Positions 18,283 to 25,173 of a stretch of 29,602 bases of DNA are shown here, piece after piece. The position numbers and the translations under genes were made by a program. This stretch comes from Paludibacteraceae bacterium. GTDB taxonomy: Bacteria > Bacteroidota > Bacteroidia > Bacteroidales > Paludibacteraceae. Location: the NCBI GenBank assembly GCA_017960065.1, contig JAGCZK010000038.1, positions 1 to 29,602 of the forward strand, in the 5' to 3' direction. The notes under the pieces are model-generated. The model had not been told where the DNA came from, did not search any database, and saw nothing but the letters and a program-made list of their open reading frames with translations. Numbering within the stretch: position 1 is the first letter of the stretch; each line of letters starts with the position of its first letter.

Positions 18283-19311
18283 TCAATAACGAACTTTGGC
18301 GCCGGTATAAAGTTTCTGGCCTCCTTCCACCACGACGATTTCGCCGTCGTGCAGGCCCTCGGTCACCAGCACCCCGTTTTGGACATATTCGCCCACTTCT
18401 ATCAGCCGGCGGTCGGCCACCGAATCGCGCACCACCCACACGCTCAATCCGTTTTGCACGGTCTGCACGCAGGAGGCCGGAATCACCACTCCGGCCCGGC
18501 CGATGGCACCGACATTGACTTTGGCCACCATGCCGGGCATCAGGGAATTGGAGAGCCGGTCGGCGTCGAGAATGCGCGCCTTGACCTTGTAGGTGTGACC
18601 CATCGGGTTGGCTATCAACGATTTGTCTGTAACTTTAACCGACAGTTTCTGTTGGCCTTCGGCCGGAAAAGTGGCTACGGCCATCAGGCCGGGTTTGATC
18701 TGGTTGATGTCGTTTTCCGCAACCGAAAACTCGACCATCATCTGACTCAAGTCCAAAATGGAGGCAAATACCGCCATCGGTGCCATATCGGTCCCCACCG
18801 GGGCTTCGGCGCCACTGACCACGCCGTCGCGCGGAGCACGGAGCGAGCAGTTTTCGAGCGACTGGCGGGCCATAATCTCGGCATTGCGGGCCTTGGCCAG
18901 ATCGGTTTCCATCTGCACCCAGCGCACTTCGGTAACGCCTCCCTGGTCATACACTTTCTTGAGCCGGTTGTAGCCGTCTTCGGCCTGCCGCAGCGTGGCC
19001 ATCGCACTCTCGTGCATGGAGCGGGCCTGCGTGTCATCGACTTGTGCCAGCAGGTCGCCTTTGCGCACCCGCTGCCCGTTGTGCACATACACCGCCGTCA
19101 GCGTTCCTCCCAAAGTGAAACGCAACGGAACCGCCACCTCCGAAACCACCACGCCCACATAGCTGCGGCCCGAGAGGTTGTCGCAACTGCTGATGGTTTG
19201 GATCTCCACCGGGATAGGGGTGGCGACCGACTTGCCCGAAGGCTGCCCGCCACAGGCGGAAAGCGCCAACAGCATCAGGCCGGTCCCTATTGCAAATACT
19301 ACGCGCCGCAT
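18283..19311 (-). CDS. RND periplasmic adaptor (MFP) lipoprotein
   Basis: Lipobox LSAC. Biotinyl-lipoyl-like VYVHNGQRVRKGDLLAQVD, then LRAPRDGVV, LMPGMVAKV and VTEGLHDGEIVVVEG. The ATG at 19311 is preferred to the TTG at 19317. Confidence 0.9.
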   Translation of the reverse strand: MRRVVFAIGTGLMLLALSACGGQPSGKSVATPIPVEIQTISSCDNLSGRSYVGVVVSEVAVPLRFTLGGTLTAVYVHNGQRVRKGDLLAQVDDTQARSMHESAMATLRQAEDGYNRLKKVYDQGGVTEVRWVQMETDLAKARNAEIMARQSLENCSLRAPRDGVVSGAEAPVGTDMAPMAVFASILDLSQMMVEFSVAENDINQIKPGLMAVATFPAEGQQKLSVKVTDKSLIANPMGHTYKVKARILDADRLSNSLMPGMVAKVNVGAIGRAGVVIPASCVQTVQNGLSVWVVRDSVADRRLIEVGEYVQNGVLVTEGLHDGEIVVVEGGQKLYTGAKVRY

Positions 19312-19336
19312 TGCCAAGACAGATTAACGGTTGCTT

Positions 19337-21217
19337 TTATTTCGAATTGGTTTTTACAAAACGCAGAATCTGATTAAAGAGCGTGGGCTGCAACTGGTTG
19401 CCCGACATGCTCTCGTCGCGGGCCGGCATCACCTGGATGTCGGCATCCATGCCCAAATCGCGCAACTGCTCCACCATCCGGTAGGTGTCCTCCACATTGA
19501 AGTACCCGTCGTTGATGGTGTGCATCAGCATCAGTTTGCCACGCACCTTGCCAGCTTTCTTGACATAATTGACAATGCGGTCGGTAAAGGTCGAGTTGTC
19601 GATGTTGAGCATCGATTCGAGCTCGGCGGCCTTGTACGACACCAAGTTAGTCACCGGCGAGATGACGATGCCTCCGGTCACGATGGATTCGGGATGCAGC
19701 ATGGTGGCCAGCACCACTCCGCCGGCCATGCGGTTGCCCATCATGAAGACGTGCTTGCCGTCGCCGTAGCCGTGACGGATCAACCAGGCCGAAGCGTTGA
19801 GATAGGCGTCGGCATAACGCGGATACACCTTGAGGCCGGTGCCCATTTCCTTGTTATAGTGCACGCAGGCAACAACACAGCCCTGATCGGCCAGGTAGTA
19901 GGAGAAGTCTTGCATCCATTGGTTGCGGTTGTCTTCGATGCTCATCACAATCGGGCCTTTTTTGTTGCCCTTCTTGTACATGATCCAGCCCTTGGCTCCT
20001 TCAAACTCGGCTTCCTCACGCACGATATCGGCGCTGAAGGTGTCTTGCGACAACTCGCGAACCAGGCTGCCGTCGGCACCGCGTACCGAATAGGAGTGCG
20101 GCGTGGTACGGTTGCTGTAGGTCAGTTCGAAGTATTTGAAATCCGAAGAGAACACCGCGTCGTTGGTACCGGCTTCGTCGGCCAGCGAGCGTTTGCGGCC
20201 GTCGAGGTCGATGCTGAAGACGCCGCGGTTGCCCTGTCCGTTTTCGTTGGACTGGTAGTAGATGACACGGTTCTTGGCATCGTAGCCGTAGAGTTTGGTG
20301 ACGTCGTACTTGCCGTCGCCCATCTGGCCGATGCGCTTGCCATCGAGCGTATAAACCACCAGGTGGTTGTAGCTGTTTTTGTTTTGCAACAGCGCAAAGC
20401 TTTTGCGGTTGAGCATCAGCATACCGCTGGCATTCGAAGGAGCGATGTAGCGCGCTTCCTTGTAGTTGACAATCTTATTCACCTTGGTTTTGGAAATCGG
20501 GTCGTCGATGGTGATTTTAACGATGCTCAACTCGGTTTGGCCGCGGTGCAGGTAGGCCACCAGAAACTCATCGTTGCGACTGGTCCACAGCAACTGCGAA
20601 ATGAAGATGTCCTGATCGGGCAGCAAGGCGTCGTAGGTCCAGTTGCCGGGGATGTTGTAGAGGTAGATGTGGTGGTTTTTGGCGTAAACCAGAAAACGGC
20701 TGTCGGGCGAGAAGTTCATGTAGGCTCCCGTTCCGTAGGCTTGGGCCACATAGTCGCCCGTGGGAACCGCACCCGTACCGTTGTTGGTCACCCGTACCTC
20801 TTTGCGGGTGTTGAGGTTGGTGAAATAAACGTCGCCCAAACGCAGGAAGGCCACGTAATTGCCGTCTTCCGAAAAGGTCGGCTGGGTTTGCAGGCCCTTG
20901 TTCGAAAGCTTTTCGCAACGCTTGGTTTCGAACGTATAGACATAGTAGTCGCGGTCGGCGGCGCGCAACAGGATGCGTTTTTCGTCGGGACTGAAGCGGA
21001 AGGCTTCGATGCGCTCGAGCGGCGACACGGACATCTTGTTGAAAATCAGCAGGGTGTCTTCCTTACCGGTTTGATAATTGCCGCGCAAAAGCATGTTCTT
21101 GTTGTCGGACAGACGGGCATAATCGGTACCCTTGTTCATGGCAACCAGACTGGGGTCGGCCGCCTGACCCACTGCGAACCAGGCGCAGCAAATCGAAAGA
21201 AGCAGAATCTTTTTCAT
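19337..21217 (-). CDS. DPP-IV-like S9 family protein (beta-propeller plus alpha/beta hydrolase), probably catalytically inactive
   Basis: Propeller motifs FSPDE, PTFSEDGNYVAF, FSPDSRFL and YYQSNE, followed by a hydrolase domain. GWSYGG is replaced by GNRMAG and the catalytic His position is Glu. Confidence 0.8.
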   Translation of the reverse strand: MKKILLLSICCAWFAVGQAADPSLVAMNKGTDYARLSDNKNMLLRGNYQTGKEDTLLIFNKMSVSPLERIEAFRFSPDEKRILLRAADRDYYVYTFETKRCEKLSNKGLQTQPTFSEDGNYVAFLRLGDVYFTNLNTRKEVRVTNNGTGAVPTGDYVAQAYGTGAYMNFSPDSRFLVYAKNHHIYLYNIPGNWTYDALLPDQDIFISQLLWTSRNDEFLVAYLHRGQTELSIVKITIDDPISKTKVNKIVNYKEARYIAPSNASGMLMLNRKSFALLQNKNSYNHLVVYTLDGKRIGQMGDGKYDVTKLYGYDAKNRVIYYQSNENGQGNRGVFSIDLDGRKRSLADEAGTNDAVFSSDFKYFELTYSNRTTPHSYSVRGADGSLVRELSQDTFSADIVREEAEFEGAKGWIMYKKGNKKGPIVMSIEDNRNQWMQDFSYYLADQGCVVACVHYNKEMGTGLKVYPRYADAYLNASAWLIRHGYGDGKHVFMMGNRMAGGVVLATMLHPESIVTGGIVISPVTNLVSYKAAELESMLNIDNSTFTDRIVNYVKKAGKVRGKLMLMHTINDGYFNVEDTYRMVEQLRDLGMDADIQVMPARDESMSGNQLQPTLFNQILRFVKTNSK

Positions 21218-21221
21218 ATAC

Positions 21222-22691
21222 TTAGTTTGTTTGAATTGTTTCGGGATTGGATAAGGGCTCGCGCCAGTCGCCGTACTGTTTGATCAGGGCAATGAGGCGG
21301 CCGACCGCTTCGGCCTCGGGAATGTTCTTTTCGATGCAGGTTTTGCCCTGATACAGGCTGATGGTGCCGCGGCCGGCCCCCACATAGCCATAGTCGGCGT
21401 CGGCCATTTCGCCCGGGCCGTTGACGATACAGCCCATCACGCCGATTTTGAGGTGCGACAGGTGGGCGGTTGCCGCCTTGACGCGGGCCAGCGTTGTTTC
21501 CATATCAAAGAGGGTGCGCCCGCAAGTGGGGCACGAAATGTATTCGGTTTTGCTCATGCGGGCACGCGTGGCCTGCAACAGGTCGTAGCCATAGCGCCGC
21601 ACGCTTTCGGGGGCGATCTTCGGGGCTTCGATCCACAACCCGTCGGCATCACCGTTGATAAAATAGCGGCCGGTCGCCACGGCGCCTTCGAGGATAAACT
21701 CCTCAAAATCAGCATTATCATAACGCCAATGCACGACCGCAGGGGCATCGCCCGCAACGGGCTGCCCCGCCTCCACCACTTGCCAGCCGGCGGGAATTTC
21801 GCTGCCATCGGCCATCACCCGCACCTGTCCTGCTGCCGGGCAGCGGCGGCGGTATTCGAGCGGACCGGCCGGAGCGGGCGTTTTCGCCGACAGTGCGACA
21901 ATGCGCCGCGCCACCGGGATTTCGGCTTCGGGGGCCTCGCTCAGCGACACGCGGATGGTGTCGCCCAGGCCTTCGGCCAGCAGCGTGCCAATGCCCACCG
22001 CCGATTTGATGCGGCCGTCTTCGCCGGCACCGGCCTCGGTCACCCCCAAGTGCAGGGGGTAATGCATGTCTTCGGCCTCCATGGCGCGCACCAACTGACG
22101 CACGGTATAGACCATGACGCGGGTGTTGGAGGCTTTGACCGAAAGCACCACCTGGTCGAAGCCCTCGCGCTGGCAAATGCGCAGAAACTCCATGCACGAA
22201 GCCACCATGCCTTCGGGCGTGTCGCCGTAGCGGTCGAGCATGCGGCGGCTCAGCGAACCGTGGTTCACGCCGATGCGGATGGCGGTGCCGTGGGCACGGC
22301 AGGCCTGCAAAAAGGCCGGGAATTTTTGTTCGATTTCGTCGTAGGTTTGGGCGTAGTTGCCCGGATTGATGCGCACTTTTTCGCAGTGCAGCAGGGCCTC
22401 ATCGGCCACTTTGGGGTTGAAGTGCACGTCGGCCACCAGCGGAACGGCTTCGTAGCCGCGACGGTCGAGCTCGCGGCGGATCAGGGCCATGTTGGCGGCC
22501 TCCTTCACCCCTTGGGTGGTGGCGCGCACCAACTCGCCTCCGGCACGGACAATGCGAATCGCCTGCTCCACACTGGCCCCGGTATCGTTGGTCGAAGTGT
22601 TGAGCATGGATTGCAGCCGCACGGGCGCACCGCCTCCAATCTGCAACCGGCCCACCTGCACCGGGTTGGTCGTTCTACGCGTGTACTCCAT
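21222..22691 (-). CDS. ispG: 4-hydroxy-3-methylbut-2-en-1-yl diphosphate synthase IspG (GcpE), 489 aa
   Basis: Contains RLQSM, VADVHF, VRINPGN, RIGVNHGSLS, HLGVTEAG, GDTIRVSL, CPTCGRT and GCIVNGPGE. Start taken at MEYTRRTT. Confidence 0.96.
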   Translation of the reverse strand: MEYTRRTTNPVQVGRLQIGGGAPVRLQSMLNTSTNDTGASVEQAIRIVRAGGELVRATTQGVKEAANMALIRRELDRRGYEAVPLVADVHFNPKVADEALLHCEKVRINPGNYAQTYDEIEQKFPAFLQACRAHGTAIRIGVNHGSLSRRMLDRYGDTPEGMVASCMEFLRICQREGFDQVVLSVKASNTRVMVYTVRQLVRAMEAEDMHYPLHLGVTEAGAGEDGRIKSAVGIGTLLAEGLGDTIRVSLSEAPEAEIPVARRIVALSAKTPAPAGPLEYRRRCPAAGQVRVMADGSEIPAGWQVVEAGQPVAGDAPAVVHWRYDNADFEEFILEGAVATGRYFINGDADGLWIEAPKIAPESVRRYGYDLLQATRARMSKTEYISCPTCGRTLFDMETTLARVKAATAHLSHLKIGVMGCIVNGPGEMADADYGYVGAGRGTISLYQGKTCIEKNIPEAEAVGRLIALIKQYGDWREPLSNPETIQTN

Positions 22692-22711
22692 TCTTTTTGA
22701 TATATCAACGA

Positions 22712-22743
22712 CAAAAATACGATTTCCACACATAAAAACCAAA
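22712..22743 (-). promoter_or_regulatory. Bacteroidota promoter (TTTG-N20-TATTTTTG) for the ispG operon
   Basis: Plus-strand caaaaata at 22712-22719 and caaa at 22740-22743. Confidence 0.7.
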
Positions 22744-22791
22744 ATCCAGACAATATTTCGTCGGCAACAACTGCGTCACACACCCCCCACG

Positions 22792-22815
22792 CACAAAAAC
22801 ACAAAACCCTGGGAC
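22792..22815 (+). repeat. Left copy of a 24-bp imperfect direct repeat flanking the Abi cassette
   Basis: cacaaaaacacaaaaccctgggac versus cacgaaaacacaaaactcccggac at 23662-23685: 20/24 identical, no gaps. Confidence 0.5.
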
Positions 22816-23483
22816 TAAAGATTGTCTATCTTTCGCAATACCGCATCCGGGAATATGTCTAATCCATAAAACAATTGACATTCTGAATACCCGAGAAATT
22901 GAACATATTTGAATAGCAACGCATAGTTGTCCCTCACGAATGCCGTACTTTTTGTTCCAAACTCATCAAAACAAATAGCCTCGTGATGGGCAATGCGATT
23001 ACGAAATGCCTTTATCGTCCTTAACTCGTTATAAATTGCCCTTTGTCCAAGACCATGTGCCTTTGACGGGAATATATTCAACAACGACTGTCCTCCCCGC
23101 AAAAAAGGAACCTTTGTAAACATATAAATCCAAAACCCCAGCGAAACAGAAGAAACAACTCTATCATTGGTGTATCGGCCTGAATTCTTCAAATCTGAAA
23201 TCACATTCAAGACGGTACTTTTTTGAGGATAAAACTCTAACATTCCGCCTTGATTCAATTGATGGAGAATCCAATCGGTATCTGAAAAATAAGATTTGTA
23301 ATGCTCACTGATTGAATTTCTGAGGACAACTTCGAAGATATTCAATATCCCATAAAATTTCTGACAAAGTTTCACATTGAAGCGATATAAGGCAAGAGCA
23401 GCCAACTTGTCTCCACCACAGGATTGAAGATATTTGTCAAGCCTCGCCCGGGAAAACGCTTTTTCATAGTCGGTGTATTTCAT
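22815..23483 (-). CDS. Abi-like (Abi_2/AbiD-AbiF type) HEPN-domain protein, putative RNase toxin or phage-defence effector
   Basis: Contains SRARLDKY, ALYRFNVKL, FEVVLRNSI, SLGFW and the HEPN Rx4H motif FRNRIAHHE (codons at 22986-23003). It is AT-rich compared with its neighbours. Confidence 0.85.
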   Translation of the reverse strand: MKYTDYEKAFSRARLDKYLQSCGGDKLAALALYRFNVKLCQKFYGILNIFEVVLRNSISEHYKSYFSDTDWILHQLNQGGMLEFYPQKSTVLNVISDLKNSGRYTNDRVVSSVSLGFWIYMFTKVPFLRGGQSLLNIFPSKAHGLGQRAIYNELRTIKAFRNRIAHHEAICFDEFGTKSTAFVRDNYALLFKYVQFLGYSECQLFYGLDIFPDAVLRKIDNL

Positions 23484-23504
23484 TGTGATTTTTCTTCATA
23501 AAAA

Positions 23505-23536
23505 ATTGTAGAATTAAGAAAATGTCTGTACTTTTG
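23505..23536 (+). promoter_or_regulatory. Bacteroidota promoter (TTG-N20-TACTTTTG) antisense to the Abi leader
   Basis: attg at 23505-23508 and tacttttg at 23529-23536. No ORF follows it, only a structured segment. Confidence 0.7.
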
Positions 23537-23540
23537 CGAT

Positions 23541-23600
23541 GTAATCCCCGTGCGTCCCTGAGTTCTCAAACGCGCGGGTTTAGTCTTTTATGGAGGGACC
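23541..23600 (+). ncRNA. Putative small structured RNA, candidate Abi antitoxin; ends approximate
   Basis: 9-bp stem cccgtgcgt/acgcgcggg (23547-23555 with 23570-23578) includes a G-U pair that works only on the + strand. It has an asymmetric ccc/a internal loop, an inner tga-gttc-tca hairpin and a U-rich tail, and sits directly downstream of a consensus promoter. Confidence 0.6.
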
Positions 23601-23644
23601 TGAACCTTACACATATACGGGTTAAGAATTAAGATATTGCCTCG

Positions 23645-23675
23645 CAAATTTACAATTTCGACACGAAAACACAAA
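23645..23675 (-). promoter_or_regulatory. Bacteroidota promoter (TTTG-N19-TAAATTTG) for the Abi gene
   Basis: Plus-strand caaattta at 23645-23652 and caaa at 23672-23675. This implies a ~150-nt 5' leader. Confidence 0.75.
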
Positions 23676-23685
23676 ACTCCCGGAC
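23662..23685 (+). repeat. Right copy of the 24-bp imperfect direct repeat flanking the Abi cassette
   Basis: 20/24 match to 22792-22815. It contains the -33 box of the Abi promoter. Confidence 0.5.
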
Positions 23686-23694
23686 GACAGATTG

Positions 23695-23727
23695 TTTGAC
23701 TCCGCCTCAAAAAGCGCAATACTTTTG
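23695..23727 (+). promoter_or_regulatory. Bacteroidota promoter (TTTG-N21-TACTTTTG) for the 23822 operon
   Basis: tttg at 23695-23698 and tacttttg at 23720-23727. Confidence 0.6.
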
Positions 23728-23821
23728 CAAAAATTTCCGGTTTGCGCGCGCATATTCACTTTTTTTTTGCTATCTTGCGCTTTATTAGCGACAACATAAA
23801 AAACGAAACTCTCCTAACAAC

Positions 23822-25147
23822 ATGAAGAAACGCACATTACTCGTGGCTTTGCTGGGCCTGTGCTGTCTGGCAAGCGCTCAGAATCCGCCTGTCGGCATCG
23901 AAAACTTCGGGTGGTGGGACTCCGAATACCCCACCATCACCTGGGGCAGCGGCATCCGAACCTCCGACATCAAGGCCGTACAGTATATTTTACAGCTGAC
24001 CGGCGTGCAGCCCGCCGGCTCGCCACAGTACTACGAATGGCAATGGTCGGACGCCAACCTGCCCTACGGCTCGCGGCTCGAGTCGGTTGACGGCCAAAGC
24101 GCCCAAGGCATGCGTGCCGCCACCGCCCGCGCCATGCTGGCCGAACGGGGCGACCACCAGGTCGGCTACACCCGTACCGACGGTGTCAAACGCATCGCCA
24201 ACCTCACGGCCGCAGAGCTGCCGATATGGATGCAGGCGGTCGGGTTCAACCCCATGTACTGCAGCTGGAACAGCAAACGGCGCGAGATTCCTGACAACAT
24301 CGTCATCCGCACCGACAAAGACGTCAACTGGCACAACTTCAAAACCTACGACTACCTGATTTTGAGCGAAGACGTGCTGGCCGACCGCGAACTGATGGAA
24401 ATCATCGGCGACAACTTCCGGCGCATGGGCATGACCCGCGACGAGGTCAACCCCGACATCCTGATTACCCTGACCAAAGACGCCAACAAGAGTGTGGAAT
24501 ACACCTACGTCCCCGAACAGGTGCAACACGTGCAGACGGGCAGTTCAAGCACACCCATCTACGGCTGGAAGGGCGCCTACCTGGGCAGTATCACCACCAA
24601 CGACTACAAAACCGTAAAGACAGGCGGTTACACCCAAAAGACCTCCACCACCGACGCCTACCTCGAAGTGTCGATTTTGGAAGCCGCCCGCATGGGGCAA
24701 CGCACCCTGCCCATGATTTGGCAAATGAAATACAACTACCACAACAACACCGACTCGAACGTGGACGCCCTGTACCGCAAGGCCGTTGACTACGTGCGCC
24801 ATCCGCTCGACAGCAAGGCGTTGGAGTACTACGAATCGGCAACCCCCAACAACAAGAAGTTCTACGAAAACTACTCGCTGCTCAACTTCGGCATTGTCAC
24901 CGACATGCAGAACATCGTGCGCGGCGTGGACCAGCGCTCGGACGTGGTGCGTGAGAGCGGTTTGCAGAAAGGGGACAAGATCGTTTCGGTCAAATGTACC
25001 GAAAAACGGCACATCAGCAGAGGAAGAGACTTCTACGGCACCATTACGGTGGAGCGTAACGGAAGCACCCGGACGCTCAAGTTCAAAAACTGCCGCCCGA
25101 CCAACTCCCACTCACTGACTTTCAGCAAATTTTTCTATATCCTTTAG
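23822..25147 (+). CDS. Exported hypothetical protein with DUF4136-like core and probable PDZ-like domains
   Basis: Signal peptide ending LASA. NPDILITL...YLEVSILEA...IWQ resembles DUF4136. FGIV...SGLQKGDKIVSV is PDZ-like, and GSRLESVDGQS suggests a second degenerate PDZ. Confidence 0.65.
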   Translation: MKKRTLLVALLGLCCLASAQNPPVGIENFGWWDSEYPTITWGSGIRTSDIKAVQYILQLTGVQPAGSPQYYEWQWSDANLPYGSRLESVDGQSAQGMRAATARAMLAERGDHQVGYTRTDGVKRIANLTAAELPIWMQAVGFNPMYCSWNSKRREIPDNIVIRTDKDVNWHNFKTYDYLILSEDVLADRELMEIIGDNFRRMGMTRDEVNPDILITLTKDANKSVEYTYVPEQVQHVQTGSSSTPIYGWKGAYLGSITTNDYKTVKTGGYTQKTSTTDAYLEVSILEAARMGQRTLPMIWQMKYNYHNNTDSNVDALYRKAVDYVRHPLDSKALEYYESATPNNKKFYENYSLLNFGIVTDMQNIVRGVDQRSDVVRESGLQKGDKIVSVKCTEKRHISRGRDFYGTITVERNGSTRTLKFKNCRPTNSHSLTFSKFFYIL

Positions 25148-25173
25148 AATAACACTCTAAGAATCATACCGTT

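Noticed and set aside
15954-18518. 854-aa + strand ORF, plus similar long antisense ORFs (212-1267, 19331-21283, 21453-22700, 26510-27913)
   Set aside because: All lie opposite well-supported genes and show shadow-ORF composition.
23484-23660. CRISPR mini-array or ToxI-like tandem repeat array upstream of the HEPN gene
   Set aside because: There are no repeated 25-40 nt units. Only one stem-loop and short 6-10 nt repeats are present.
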